Assembly (NCBI GenBank): GCA_036272915.1
Contig: DATAXV010000112.1
Location: forward strand, 22,510 to 86,509
DNA length: 64,000 nt
DNA from: Candidatus Dormiibacterota bacterium
GTDB taxonomy: Bacteria; Chloroflexota; Dormibacteria; Dormibacterales; Dormibacteraceae
Direction: 5' to 3'
Part shown: positions 17,932 through 28,324 of the stretch, one piece after another
How positions within the stretch are numbered: the first letter of the stretch is position 1
How the letters are laid out: every line of letters begins with the position of its first letter
Translations under genes and position numbers: made by a program
The notes under the pieces: generated by a model
The model's input: only the letters and a program-made list of their open reading frames with translations
What the model was told of the DNA's origin: nothing
Databases searched by the model: none

Positions 17932-19329
17932 TCAGCCGTTCTCGTCGATGTAGCTCTGGTAGTCCTGGCTGGTCCGCAGGTAGGCCGGTGGCCTGCCGCC
18001 CCGCTGGTCCTCGCGCGCGATCAACTGCGCCTGGACCTCCTGGAGGTGGGAGGGCTGGGCCGCCTGCTCGCTCGGCGTCGGAGGTGGCGTCGGCGCGGTG
18101 ACGCCCGACATCGGGTCGTCGGTGCGGGCCGTGCCCAGGGAGAGAGCGGCGGCGACCGTCGGGGCGGCGGCATCGCGCTTGGTCAACGGGGGCAGCGACC
18201 AGCGCTGCTCGACCGTGGCCAGAATGCTGGTGTGGTCGAGCGGCGTCCCCGAGGCGGGGACCCGAAAGACGCTGCCGGCGGGGATCAGCGGGCTGACCAG
18301 GATCGTCGGCACCCGGGGCCCGAAGCGCGTGAAGTCGAAGCCGAACTCGCCGACCGTGCTGTCCGGCGGGGCCGCGCCCCAGGGCGGGGCGACGTGGTCG
18401 TAGCAGCCGCCGTGCTCGTCGTAGGTGAGGATGAAGAGCGTCGAGTCCCAGTCCGGCCCGTCGCGGAGCGCCCGGTAGGTGTCCAGGATCATCTGCTCGC
18501 CGAGGGCGACGTCGTAGTTGGGGTGCTGGCTGTTGCCGGTCGAGCTCCAGCTCGGCTCGAGGAACGCGTAGGCGGGAAGGGTGCCGCCGGCGGCGTCGGA
18601 CTGGAAGTCGGCGAAGAGCCCGTAGTCGGAGGCCGGCGCCGAGGAGGTGTCGGGGAAGTCGAGCTTGGTCAGGGGCGAGCTGGTGTACCCGTAGATCTTC
18701 CAGGAGACCTGGTGCTGAGTCATCAGGCCGAAGATCGAGGGGCAGGTGTAGGTCTTGGTGGCGTCGTCCATGTGCCCCTGGCTGGTGCCGGCGCAGAGGA
18801 AGGCGCGGTTGGGCAGGGTCATGGTCGGCGCCGATCCGAACCAGTGGTCGCAGACGGCGAAGCCCCGGCCCAGCGCCGACAGCACCGGCAGCGTGGTCGG
18901 GTCGTAGCAGCCCATGATCATGTCCGGCGTGGTGCCGGGCACCACGTACCAGCCGTCGGACTTGTTCTGGGCGATGGCCTGGACGTAGTCGGTGACCCAG
19001 CCGGTCATCGCCGGCACCGCGCCGTCGGCCGGCGCCGATGACGATCCATAGAGCTGTGCGTTGGTGGCCGCGTACCCCTCGCCGGGATCGGCGCCGGGCA
19101 TGAAGTAGGCGTTCTCGGTGCTGGGCAGGATCCGGTAGACGCCCACCTGGTTGCCGCTGCCGTCGGGACAGCTCTCGTTGCCGGTCAGGCCCTCGAAGGC
19201 GTCGCCCGACGGCGAGACGTTGCCGCCGTCGGTGTAGAGGAAGCCGAGCATGTGGTCGAGCGACCGGTTCTCCAGCATGAGAACGACGAAGTGGTCGATC
19301 GATGACAGCCCGTCAGCCATGCACTTCAC
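17932..19329 (-). CDS. phosphoesterase family protein (phospholipase C / acid phosphatase AcpA type)
   Basis: IDHFVVLMLENRSLDHMLG, and later TYDEHGGCYDHVAPP, are typical of the phosphoesterase (PLC/AcpA) family. Confidence 0.8.
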   Translation of the reverse strand: MKCMADGLSSIDHFVVLMLENRSLDHMLGFLYTDGGNVSPSGDAFEGLTGNESCPDGSGNQVGVYRILPSTENAYFMPGADPGEGYAATNAQLYGSSSAPADGAVPAMTGWVTDYVQAIAQNKSDGWYVVPGTTPDMIMGCYDPTTLPVLSALGRGFAVCDHWFGSAPTMTLPNRAFLCAGTSQGHMDDATKTYTCPSIFGLMTQHQVSWKIYGYTSSPLTKLDFPDTSSAPASDYGLFADFQSDAAGGTLPAYAFLEPSWSSTGNSQHPNYDVALGEQMILDTYRALRDGPDWDSTLFILTYDEHGGCYDHVAPPWGAAPPDSTVGEFGFDFTRFGPRVPTILVSPLIPAGSVFRVPASGTPLDHTSILATVEQRWSLPPLTKRDAAAPTVAAALSLGTARTDDPMSGVTAPTPPPTPSEQAAQPSHLQEVQAQLIAREDQRGGRPPAYLRTSQDYQSYIDENG

Positions 19330-19444
19330 CCCCTCCCGGCGCCGGTCCTGGGCGGCGGCGGGACAATCCGCTGGACGTCACGCAGGGAGTCTGACACGGC
19401 GCCCCTCCGGGTTTGGTAAAGGGAGGGCCAAGGCGGGCCTGGCC

Positions 19445-19915
19445 TCACTGACCGGCGAACCAGCCGGGCACGTCGACCCGAAACGCGTCCACCGGCGTGA
19501 CCCGCCGGAGATCCTCCTCAAGAGCGCGGAGCCGGTCCCTCCCAAGACGCTCGGCCCAGCCGGCGTGGAGGCGCTCGAGGATGCGCGCCGACCGGACCAG
19601 GCTGTCGACGCCCCGGTCGGTGAGCCGGACCACGCGGCGCCGGGCGTCGCCCGAGTCGAGGAAGCGTTCGACGTAGCCCAGCCGCTGGAGCCCGTCGATC
19701 GCCTTCCCCGCCGCCTGCTTGGAGATCCCGAGACGGCGTCCCAGCTCAACCGCCGTGGTGCCGTCGTCGCCGATCGCCTGGAGGACGAAGCCGTGCATGG
19801 GCCGGAGGCCGGGATGGCCCTGGCGCGCCAGCTCGGCGTTCAGATCGTCGATCAGGACGCGGAAGCCGAGGAGCAGGCGCAGCGGGAGCTCGAACGGAGG
19901 AGGATCGCTTGACAT
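19445..19915 (-). CDS. MarR family transcriptional regulator
   Basis: Winged-helix segment LGISKQAAGKAIDGLQRLGYVERFLDSGDARRRVVRLTDRG. Confidence 0.85.
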   Translation of the reverse strand: MSSDPPPFELPLRLLLGFRVLIDDLNAELARQGHPGLRPMHGFVLQAIGDDGTTAVELGRRLGISKQAAGKAIDGLQRLGYVERFLDSGDARRRVVRLTDRGVDSLVRSARILERLHAGWAERLGRDRLRALEEDLRRVTPVDAFRVDVPGWFAGQ

Positions 19916-19948
19916 AGATCGACAACCTCATTTACCGTCTAGACAACC
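19916..19948. promoter_or_regulatory. candidate MarR operator (direct repeats) in the marR / cupin divergent spacer
   Basis: TAGATCGACAACC and TCTAGACAACC share TAGA..GACAACC. GACAACC sits at 19921-19927 and 19942-19948. Confidence 0.3.
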
Positions 19949-19977
19949 ACATTGCCCATTCTAGGAGGTACCACCCG

Positions 19978-20355
19978 ATGCCCGTGATCAGGAGCGCCGA
20001 CCGCCGTCTCACCGAGACGCCCAACGCGGTGATGACCACCTTCGCCTCGCCCACGCTGGGAGGCGCCGAGCGCCCGGTGTGGCGTGTCGACATGCGCGCC
20101 GGTGCCGAGGGGCCCCTGCACGTGTTCGACGTCGAGCAGGTCTGGATCGTGATCGATGGAGCCGCCCGCGTCGAGATCGGCGACGAGATCCACACCCTCG
20201 CCGCTGGCGACACGGTGGTGATCCCCTCCGGGCGGCTCCGCCGCATCCTCGCCGATCCCAACCACGGCCTTGCCGCCATCGTCACCGCCGCCCCCGGCGC
20301 CCGCGCCTCGCTGCCGGACGGGACCGACCGCGGCGTGCCCGGCTGGATCGCCTGA
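19978..20355 (+). CDS. cupin domain protein
   Basis: 125 aa. GPLHVFDVEQVWIVIDGAARVEIGDEIHTLAAGDTVVIPSG matches the two-motif cupin pattern. AGGAGG RBS upstream. Confidence 0.7.
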   Translation: MPVIRSADRRLTETPNAVMTTFASPTLGGAERPVWRVDMRAGAEGPLHVFDVEQVWIVIDGAARVEIGDEIHTLAAGDTVVIPSGRLRRILADPNHGLAAIVTAAPGARASLPDGTDRGVPGWIA

Positions 20356-20371
20356 CCCCTGAGACCTAACG

Positions 20372-20408
20372 GGGAGGAACGGATCAACCAGAAACATCCG
20401 CTCCTCCC
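20372..20408 (+). terminator. hairpin after the cupin gene (tail-less terminator candidate)
   Basis: GGGAGGAACGGAT-N11-ATCCGCTCCTCCC gives 12 bp with one mismatch, 17 nt after the stop codon. There is no clear T-tract. Confidence 0.35.
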
Positions 20409-20561
20409 TCGGCTTGGTCCAGACGCAGGACGGAGGTGGTCTGACCGCTGCTCCTTGGCAAATCGTGCGCGCTTTCTTGGTCGGCTATTGCCATGTGACG
20501 TCCACGATTGAGGCATGATGTCGTGTTCCCGTGAGCGATCCGTCCCTGTCCAGGCGCTCAC

Positions 20562-22055
20562 TTGATCGGCGGACCAAGCCGCCCCAGATCGGGGTGGAGC
20601 AGACGAGATGTGTTGAAGAGCGCCGCGGTGATCGGCGCCGCCTCGCTCACGACCGCCGCCTGCAATCCGTTCGCCACCGAGAAGGCGGCCACCGGTCCGG
20701 CCAGCGTGCGCAGGTTTCATTCCCGCCCCGACCTGGTGGTGCCGACCATCAAAGTGCTGCAGGGCACCGAGGAGACCCCCACCGGCTACATCTTCGGCAA
20801 CGTGCACGCCCCGAAGCTGACCAGCGGCCCGCTTATCGTCGACGGTCGAGGTGAGCTGGTCTGGTTCCAGCCCGTACCCGGGAAGTACGTGGCCGACCTC
20901 AACGTCCAGACCTATGAGGGCCGGCCCGTCCTGACCTGGTGGCAGGGGGACATCATCTCGGGTCATGGCCAGGGGACCTGCGTGATCGCCGACTTCTCCT
21001 ACCGCCAGCTGGCCGCCGTCCAGGCTCACAACGGCCTCATGGCGGACCTTCACGATTTCCAACTCACCGCCGGAGGGACCGCTCTGATCACCGCCTATGC
21101 CACCGCCGACGCGGATCTTTCCGGCATCGGCGGGCCCAGAAAGGGCCGGGTCCTGAACGGGGTGATACAGGAGATCGATCTGGCCAGCGGCGAGCTCGTC
21201 TTCGAGTGGCGCAGCCTCGACCACGTCGCCATCACAGAGACCCACTCAAAGTGGACCAAGTCTTCGACAGCTCAGGGGCCGTTCGATTACTTCCACATCA
21301 ATTCGATCGATGTCGATGCGGACGGCAACCTGCTGATCAGCGCCAGAAATACCTGGGCCCTCTACAAGATCGATCGACAGAGCGGTGCCGTGATCTGGCG
21401 GCTGGGGGGCAGGAAGAGCGATTTCGCCATGGGGAAGGGCACCAACTTCGAGTGGCAGCACGATGCCCGCCACCATCCCGACGGGGTCATCACTGTTTTC
21501 GACGACGCCGCCGCTCCCCAGGAGGAGCCCCGATCGCGAGGGCTCAAGCTGACCGTCGACGAGCAGTCGATGGTCGTATCCCTGGCCGACCAGTACACCA
21601 ATGGAAGCGTCCTCACCAGCAGTCAGGGCAACGTGCAGGTACTGCCCGACTCGAACGTCTTCGTGGGCTGGGGGGCGGAGCCCAGGTACACCGGCTTCAC
21701 CTCAGCCGGCAGGATCATCTACGACGCTCGGTTTCTCATCGCCAACCAGTCCTACCGCACCTTCAACCTACCCTGGACCGGTCTACCCTCCGAGGCGCCG
21801 ACCGCGGTTGTCGAGCAGGGCTCGCACTCCGGCGTCATCGTCTATGCAAGCTGGAATGGAGCCACCGAGGTCGCCAGCTGGCAGGTCCTGGGTGGTTCCG
21901 ACGCTCAGCACCTCGCCCTGCTTGGCGCGGCCGCCCGGAGCGGCTTCGAGACCGCGATCGGGATCGCCGACGTCAAGCCTTACATCGTGGCGCGCGCATT
22001 CGACTCGGCCGGCGCCATCCTCGGTAGTTCGGGACCTGCGCCGACCACGACCTGA
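20562..22055 (+). CDS. arylsulfotransferase (ASST)-like beta-propeller protein with a Tat/lipoprotein-type signal
   Basis: Twin-arginine SRRDVLKSAAVIGAASLTTAAC at the N-terminus. The repetitive beta-rich body with HDFQLT...ALIT and FHINSIDVD motifs recalls the ASST family. TTG start. Confidence 0.6.
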   Translation: MIGGPSRPRSGWSRRDVLKSAAVIGAASLTTAACNPFATEKAATGPASVRRFHSRPDLVVPTIKVLQGTEETPTGYIFGNVHAPKLTSGPLIVDGRGELVWFQPVPGKYVADLNVQTYEGRPVLTWWQGDIISGHGQGTCVIADFSYRQLAAVQAHNGLMADLHDFQLTAGGTALITAYATADADLSGIGGPRKGRVLNGVIQEIDLASGELVFEWRSLDHVAITETHSKWTKSSTAQGPFDYFHINSIDVDADGNLLISARNTWALYKIDRQSGAVIWRLGGRKSDFAMGKGTNFEWQHDARHHPDGVITVFDDAAAPQEEPRSRGLKLTVDEQSMVVSLADQYTNGSVLTSSQGNVQVLPDSNVFVGWGAEPRYTGFTSAGRIIYDARFLIANQSYRTFNLPWTGLPSEAPTAVVEQGSHSGVIVYASWNGATEVASWQVLGGSDAQHLALLGAAARSGFETAIGIADVKPYIVARAFDSAGAILGSSGPAPTTT

Positions 22056-22513
22056 TGAAGAGGGAGCCGGTCCTGATGACGCCTGCGGGGGTGATGGTTC
22101 TCGAGGGTGAGCTCTGGGATCTGCGGTACCGCCTCATCCCCGAGATAGCCGACCAGCTGCGCGATATGCGCGGTGTCGGCGAGGGCGGCGAGTACCGGGG
22201 CCTCTTGGACGAGCAGCTCCGACTCCGTGAACGCCTGGCCGAGCTGCAGTTGCTCCTGGGCAATGTGATGGTGCTGGAGCCACGGCCGAACGGGCGCGCC
22301 CAACCTGGGTCGTGGGTCGTGCTCCGCCACGACGATAGCGGCGAAGAGCATTACCGCCTGGTGGGCACCGCCGAGGCGGACCCGGCCCGGGGATATCTAT
22401 CGATCAGCTCCCCCCTCGGCAGGGCAGCAATCGGCCATCGCTCAGGCGATGAAGTGAGGTGGCGCTCACCCGATGGCGCGGTTCACTCGGCCGTGGTGGT
22501 GGAGGTCGGTTAG
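22055..22513 (+). CDS. GreA/GreB-family transcription elongation factor-like protein
   Basis: C-terminal domain GSWVVLRHDDSGEEHYRLVGTAEADPARGYLSISSPLGRAAIGHRSGDEV. The ATG overlaps the upstream stop (ATGA). Confidence 0.75.
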   Translation: MKREPVLMTPAGVMVLEGELWDLRYRLIPEIADQLRDMRGVGEGGEYRGLLDEQLRLRERLAELQLLLGNVMVLEPRPNGRAQPGSWVVLRHDDSGEEHYRLVGTAEADPARGYLSISSPLGRAAIGHRSGDEVRWRSPDGAVHSAVVVEVG

Positions 22514-22639
22514 GAGGGGGAATCCACCGTCGCGGAGGCCGATCGGCGTCGTGACAGGCCCATATACGACCGGAGACGCCAGTCGCCGCCACGGCGCGAC
22601 TCGATCCGTAAGCCGCGATGAGAATGGCCGCGGCGGTCG

Positions 22640-23240
22640 TGTGTCGATGGGGCTGCCCGTGGCGCCGGCCACCGGAGAGGAAGCGCCGCGGTGGCCTGCC
22701 CGCTTCCTCGCCGGTCGCCGCCCCAACACCAGGGCCGCCTATGCGGCCGACCTCCGCGGCTTCGGCGCCTGGGCCCTCCAACACCACTGCCCAGCCCGCG
22801 AGGTGACGGACACGCAGACGGGCGAGGCCCGGAGAGGGCCTCCAAGCGCCGGAACCGGTGCCGCCAGCGGCCTCGCCCTCGACTTCCTCAACCAGCTGCG
22901 CCAAGCGGGCCGCTCCGCGGCCACCATCAACCGCCGCCTGGCCGCCCTCCGCGCCCTCATCAAGCTCGCCCGACTGTTCGGCGCCGTCTCCTGGACGCTG
23001 GAGGTATCGCGATCAGGCGATGATCTTGTCCCGAGTACGCCTCACTGGCAGATCCGGCGTGGGCGGCTCATGTCCACCAGCTCGCGCACGCGGGCCGGCT
23101 ATGCGCCGCGTCGTGGAGAGCGGCGCATCACCGCGTGGGCGCCGCGGCGAAGGCCTTCCCCACGGACCAGAACCTCGGCCCCGGCCCTCCGGCGTGCCTC
23201 AGGCAGCGTTCTCAGCGCCTGTGCGATGCTGAATTGAAGA
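22640..23240 (+). pseudogene. degraded tyrosine recombinase (Xer/phage-integrase family) remnant
   Basis: Frame 1 encodes an N-terminal SAM-like domain: RPNTRAAYAADLRGFGAWA ... GRSAATINRRLAALRALIKLARL. A second frame continues with RDQAMILSRVRLTG, which resembles the start of the catalytic domain. The rest of that domain is absent or unrecognisable. Confidence 0.35.
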
Positions 23241-23442
23241 AGCACGTGCAGCCTGAGGACAAGCCGGGTTCAACAAGGGCCGCTCCCGCGGCCGCCTCCG
23301 CCGGACCCGCTCCGGCGAGCCTCGCACCTCCTCCCCGCCGACGGGGACGGCCGGCGATTCGCCTCCTCCCCGCCCTCACGCGCACCCAGCCGGACCGCCC
23401 CTGCGGCGCCCAGCACCCATCCACACGACGAAGGAGAAGGAT

Positions 23443-24459
23443 GTGACGGAAGTGATGCGGGCCGCGACACTGGTCGGCCCTGGACAGGTCGAGGTGGAGA
23501 AGGTTCCCGTTCCCGATCTCGGCGAGGCCGAGGTCCTGGTCCGGACCCGTCTGGCCGCCATCTGCGGCAGCGACCTCCACGCCATCTTCGGCAGCAACGG
23601 ACCCGGCAACTACCCCGGCCCTCCCGGCTATCCCGGCCACGAGGCGCTGGGGCAGGTGATCGAGAGCCGCACGCCCGAGTATCGCGCCGGTCAGTGGGTG
23701 CTGACAGTTCCCCAGGGCATCGACGCCCACTGCTGGGCCGATCACCAGGCTCTGGCCGTGGACCATCTGATCCCCCTCCCCGAGGGACAGCCCGAGGAGC
23801 TGCTGATGGCGCAGCAGCTGGGCACCGTCATCTACGCCCTGAAGCGATTCTGGCCCGGCCCCGGCGACGGCACCGCGCTCGTGGTCGGGAGCGGCAGCGC
23901 CGGTCTCCACTTCATCCAGCTGCTCAAGCAGCGCGGGTTCTCCCGCGTGATCGCCGCCGACCTGACCCCGCACCGCCTCGAGCTCGCCCGCGAGCTGGGC
24001 GCCGACGAGACCATCCTCGTCCCCGACCAGAGGATCGTCGACTCGGTCATGGAGCTGACCGGCGGACGCGGCGTCGAGCTCGCCATCGAGGCCGCCGGAC
24101 ATGACGAGTCCCGGGTCCAGGTCATGCGCTCGATCGCGAAGTACGGGCGGATCGGCTTCTTCGGGCTCCCGGAGAGCCGGGAGGACTCCACCTATCCGTT
24201 CCGGCACCTCTTCCGCAAGCTTCCGACGATCGAGTTCTCGGTCGGGACTCAGTACGAGCCGGGGCTGGCCTCGTTCCGGGAGGCCCTGGAGCTGGTCGCG
24301 GCCGGAGGAATCGACGTGCGGCGCCACGTGACGCACCGCTTCGCGATCGAGGACGTGGCGCGCGCCCTCGACATCGCGCGCACCCGGGAGGACGGTGCGG
24401 TCAAGGTCCTGGTCACGTTCGACGAGGAGTCCGCGCGGCACAGCCAGAACGGCGCCTGA
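23443..24459 (+). CDS. zinc-dependent alcohol/polyol dehydrogenase (MDR family)
   Basis: AICGSDLH, GHEALGQV and VVGSGSAGL motifs. AAGGAG RBS lies 6 nt upstream of the GTG. Confidence 0.85.
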   Translation: MTEVMRAATLVGPGQVEVEKVPVPDLGEAEVLVRTRLAAICGSDLHAIFGSNGPGNYPGPPGYPGHEALGQVIESRTPEYRAGQWVLTVPQGIDAHCWADHQALAVDHLIPLPEGQPEELLMAQQLGTVIYALKRFWPGPGDGTALVVGSGSAGLHFIQLLKQRGFSRVIAADLTPHRLELARELGADETILVPDQRIVDSVMELTGGRGVELAIEAAGHDESRVQVMRSIAKYGRIGFFGLPESREDSTYPFRHLFRKLPTIEFSVGTQYEPGLASFREALELVAAGGIDVRRHVTHRFAIEDVARALDIARTREDGAVKVLVTFDEESARHSQNGA

Positions 24460-24463
24460 GGGA

Positions 24464-25420
24464 TCAGCCGGGGGCGGTCGTCCGCCTCACCTCGACCTCG
24501 TCGAGCGACGGGAATTGGGCACCGTCGCGCTCGCAGGTGATGGCCGAGCAGGTGGCGGCGAACGCCCCCGCCGCTCGCCACCCGGCCGCGTCCACGCGCT
24601 CCAGCGAACCCCGGTCGGTGACGCCGCGGGCGAGGAGCGCCGCCAGCAGGCCGGCGGTGTAGGCGTCTCCGGCCCCGATCGTGTCGACGGGCGTGCAGGG
24701 CTGGGCCGGGACCGTCTCGGTGCCGCCGGGCAGGTGGATCGTGCTGCCGGCCGCACCTCGGGTGAGCACGATCACGGCCGGCCCGCCACCGCCGAGCAGC
24801 GCGGCCGGGTCGGGCGCGCAGACCTCGGCGTCCTCGTTGCTGAGGCGGACGATGTCGGCCAGCTGGAGGCAGTGGCGCAGGAGCGCCCGGTACTCGTCCC
24901 AGTCGCGGACGAGGTTGGGCCTGACGTTCGGGTCGAAGGACAGCAGGACCCTCGAGCGCAGCGCCTCGGCGATCCCGAGGACGGTGCTGCGGAACGGCTC
25001 GAAGAGCAGCGCCACCGAGCCGAAGTGGAAGACGGTTAGCTCGCCCATCCGCTCCAGCGGGAGGTCCTCCGGCGCCAGCTGCGGGGAGGCGGTGCCGACG
25101 AAGTGGAAGGCATAGCGAGCGTCCCGCCCCTGGAAGTCGACGAAGGCGAGCGAGCTCGGCTCCTCGCGGTCGACCGTGAGCTCCGCCGACGCGCCGCACT
25201 CGCGGAGGTGATCCCGAAAGCGGCGGCCGAAGGCGTCGGTGGACAGGCAGCTGGCGAATCCGGCTCCGACCCCCAGCCGGGCCAGGGCGACGGCGACGTT
25301 GAACGGGGACCCGCCCAGGTGGGCGCGGAAGGCGAGCCCGTCGACCTCATCGCCGAGGGGCGTGAGGTCGACGACCGCCTCGCCGGCGGAGGCGACCCGA
25401 AGACCGGGTCCGGCGATCAC
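24464..25420 (-). CDS. PfkB-family carbohydrate kinase
   Basis: GGSPFNVAVALARLG near the N-terminus and DTIGAGDAYTAGLL near the C-terminus. Confidence 0.85.
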   Translation of the reverse strand: MIAGPGLRVASAGEAVVDLTPLGDEVDGLAFRAHLGGSPFNVAVALARLGVGAGFASCLSTDAFGRRFRDHLRECGASAELTVDREEPSSLAFVDFQGRDARYAFHFVGTASPQLAPEDLPLERMGELTVFHFGSVALLFEPFRSTVLGIAEALRSRVLLSFDPNVRPNLVRDWDEYRALLRHCLQLADIVRLSNEDAEVCAPDPAALLGGGGPAVIVLTRGAAGSTIHLPGGTETVPAQPCTPVDTIGAGDAYTAGLLAALLARGVTDRGSLERVDAAGWRAAGAFAATCSAITCERDGAQFPSLDEVEVRRTTAPG

Positions 25421-25630
25421 CGGGCGGTCGCTTCGATGGGATCAGGCATGCGACGAATCTTGCCGCATCGCGTCGCGGCGTCGCCTCCGGTCAGACGCCC
25501 GAACCGGGTGTCTCCAGCCTCCGCGCTCGGTCCCGCTCGAGCAGGTGCGGCCCCAGCTCCTCGGATGCCACACTGTCGCCGCAGAAGCGGGCGCCGCGGG
25601 CGGGGCTCCTGCCGGCGCCCCGCCCGTGGC

Positions 25631-26749
25631 TCAGGAAGCGGCCTCGCCCTGGGGCTCGGTGACCTCGGCCCGGGCCAGCGGCAGATCGACCCGCTGGCCG
25701 GTCTCGGCCGACCGGTAGATGGCGAGCACGAGCTCCAGCGCGTCGCGCCCGTCGGCTCCCGTGAACTGCAGCGGCGTGCCGTCGAGCACGGAGTCGACGA
25801 GGTGGGCGAACTTCCGGTAGTGCCGTTCGGCCAGCGCCGGCTCCGGCCCTCCCAGCTGGCGCCAGCCGCGGAGGACATCCGGCTCCTCGATGTGTTTCGT
25901 GTAGAGCTCGACGCCGTCGTTCTCGCGGCGGGTCATGATCGACCCCTCCGAGCCGTCGATCGACATCCCTCCATGGCCGGCGGCGACCGCCCAGCCCGCG
26001 TACCAGACACCCATCGCGCCGCTCTCGAACTGGAGTGTGATCGCGGCGGTGTCCTCGACGTCGACATCGGAGACGAGGATGTCCTTACCGGCAAGCTCCG
26101 AAACCCGGCCCTTCACCACGACCTCCTTCCGGAAGGTGGCGGTGGCGGCGTAGACGGATTTGACCGGGCCCATGAGCCAGATCAGGTTGTGTGCCGTGTA
26201 GATCCCCCAGTCCATGAGGACTCCGCCCCCGGCCTGGGCCTTGTGCATGAACCAGGGGGTGTAGTGGCCGGAGGGGCCGACGCCGATCGTGGAGGTGCCC
26301 ATGACCCTCCCGACCATCCCGTCGTCGAGCAGTTGCTTGACCAGCGGCAGCTGGTTGCCGAAGCGCTGCTGGTAGCCCATCGTGAACTTGACGCCGGCCT
26401 TCTCGCAGGCGGCCACCATCGCGTCCGCCTCCTCGACGGTCAGCGCGATCGGCTTCTCGCAGAGCACGTGCTTGCCCGCCTCGGCGGCGGCGATCACCTG
26501 CTCGGCGTGCGCCTGGGGCCAGGTCGCCACGGTGACCATCTCGATGTCGGGTCGCGCGATCAGCTCACGGAAGTCCGTGTATGCGTGCTCGACGCCGAAC
26601 TCGTCCGCCGCCTCCTTGGCTCGGACCGGGTCGAGGTCGGCCACGGCCACTACCTTCGCTCGCGGGTTCCGCACCAGGTTGGGCAGATGCTGCCGCCGGG
26701 CTATGAGCCCACATCCGATGACGCCGACGCCGAGCTGCCGTTCCGTCAT
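25631..26749 (-). CDS. Gfo/Idh/MocA family oxidoreductase
   Basis: LGVGVIGCGLIARRQHLPNL Rossmann N-terminus and the HVLCEKP motif. Confidence 0.85.
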   Translation of the reverse strand: MTERQLGVGVIGCGLIARRQHLPNLVRNPRAKVVAVADLDPVRAKEAADEFGVEHAYTDFRELIARPDIEMVTVATWPQAHAEQVIAAAEAGKHVLCEKPIALTVEEADAMVAACEKAGVKFTMGYQQRFGNQLPLVKQLLDDGMVGRVMGTSTIGVGPSGHYTPWFMHKAQAGGGVLMDWGIYTAHNLIWLMGPVKSVYAATATFRKEVVVKGRVSELAGKDILVSDVDVEDTAAITLQFESGAMGVWYAGWAVAAGHGGMSIDGSEGSIMTRRENDGVELYTKHIEEPDVLRGWRQLGGPEPALAERHYRKFAHLVDSVLDGTPLQFTGADGRDALELVLAIYRSAETGQRVDLPLARAEVTEPQGEAAS

Positions 26750-26832
26750 GCTGGCTCCTCCGATGGTTGCGGGCCGGTGTTTGTACTAACAATCAAAGGT
26801 ACCAACGCCGCGAGCGGACCGTCAGAAGGGGC

Positions 26833-28032
26833 TCAGTCGTCGATCGCGGCGTAGGCACAGGTCCAGAAGTCGCGCATCACCGCGGTCTGGAGCGGCGAGG
26901 TCATGCTCCGCTGAGTGAGCAGGATTCCGATCAGTCCCTCGACCGGATCGGTGTGCAAGGAGGCGCCGGTCCCGCCCTCCCAGCCGAAGCGCCCGGGGAG
27001 CGAGGAGAGCTCAGTGCGGCGGAGGTCGACCGCGAGCCCCATCCCCCACCCCGACCGGCCGGCGAAGAACATCGGATTGTCCGCCCGCTGCTGATCGGTG
27101 AGCTGGTCGGTGGTCATCAGCTCCACCGACGACCGGGAGAGGATGCGCGTCCCCCCGTGCCGGCCGCGGTTGAGCAGCATCGTCGAGAAGGTGAGCAGGT
27201 CGTCCGCGGTCGAGACCATCCCGCCGCCTCCCGATGGGAAGGAGGGCGGCCGGGTCAGCTGCGCCTCACCGGCCGCGCCCGTCTCCACCAGGGCCCCGGA
27301 GACCGGATCGGGGCGGTAGGCGGCGGGCAGCCGCTCGACCTTGGCCGGAGGGACGTGGAACCCGGTGTCGGCCATGCCCAGCGGGGAGAGGAGGCGCTCC
27401 TCCATCAGCTCCGGGAGGGGCCTGCCCGCGGCGCGGGCGAGGAGCACGCCGAGCACGTCGGACGAGACGTGGTACATCCAGCCCTCGCCGGGCTGGTGGA
27501 CCAGGGGGAGGGTGCCCAGGCGCCGCATGTACTCGTCCGGACCGAACGGTGCCGAATCGGGACCGGGTGACAGCCTCGCCTCCGCGATCGCGCGCTGGAT
27601 GGGCAGCGAGCCGCGCGGCGCCAGGATCATGCCGAGCCCCATGCGGTTGGTCAGGAGGTCGCGCAGGGTGATCGGCCGACGGGCGGGAACGGTGTCGTCC
27701 ACCGGCCCGTCCAGCTGTCGCAGGACGCGCCGGCCGGCGAGCTCCGGCAGCAGCGGATCGACGGCGTCGTCCAGCCGGATCCCGCAGTCCTCGACCAGGA
27801 TCAAGGCCACCGTGGCCAGCATCTGCTTGGTCAGGGAGGCGATGCGGAAGATGGCGTCGCGGCGCATGGCGACGGTCCCGCCCGCCTCCATGGCTCCCAG
27901 CACCTCGACCTGGACCTCGCCCCTGCGGGCCACCACCGCGACCAGGCCGGGCACCTCGCCGCGCTGGACGTAACCGGCGAGGACATCGTGAAGCCGCCGG
28001 AGCCCTGAGGCCGACAGATTTGATGCGGTCAT
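26833..28032 (-). CDS. serine hydrolase (beta-lactamase / class C-like family)
   Basis: Start placed at MTASNLSASG (ATG 28032) with a GGAGAAGGG RBS. SxxK motif FRIASLTKQ. The upstream 140 codons of the track ORF are not supported. Confidence 0.8.
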   Translation of the reverse strand: MTASNLSASGLRRLHDVLAGYVQRGEVPGLVAVVARRGEVQVEVLGAMEAGGTVAMRRDAIFRIASLTKQMLATVALILVEDCGIRLDDAVDPLLPELAGRRVLRQLDGPVDDTVPARRPITLRDLLTNRMGLGMILAPRGSLPIQRAIAEARLSPGPDSAPFGPDEYMRRLGTLPLVHQPGEGWMYHVSSDVLGVLLARAAGRPLPELMEERLLSPLGMADTGFHVPPAKVERLPAAYRPDPVSGALVETGAAGEAQLTRPPSFPSGGGGMVSTADDLLTFSTMLLNRGRHGGTRILSRSSVELMTTDQLTDQQRADNPMFFAGRSGWGMGLAVDLRRTELSSLPGRFGWEGGTGASLHTDPVEGLIGILLTQRSMTSPLQTAVMRDFWTCAYAAIDD

Positions 28033-28324
28033 CCCTTCTCCTTCAAGACCTGGACGGCGAGCCGCCCCGGGACCGGCCGGTCCCGGCTCCGACCAGACCT
28101 CATTCTCAGGCGTGAGCGCACGCGGGCAACGCGGAGCCGGCCGGTTCGGGCGCGGCCACAATAGATGAAAGCGCTGCCACTCGCGCGGGAGTGGCGACGC
28201 CGCGCACCGTGCCGGGCCCGCCTCCCGATCGCCGACGCCGTGGGCCTGGCGCGCGGACGACGGTGGCCAGGATCGACTCCTCGCGGCCGGGGAGGGGAGG
28301 AGGAGACATGCACAGGAGGCGCCG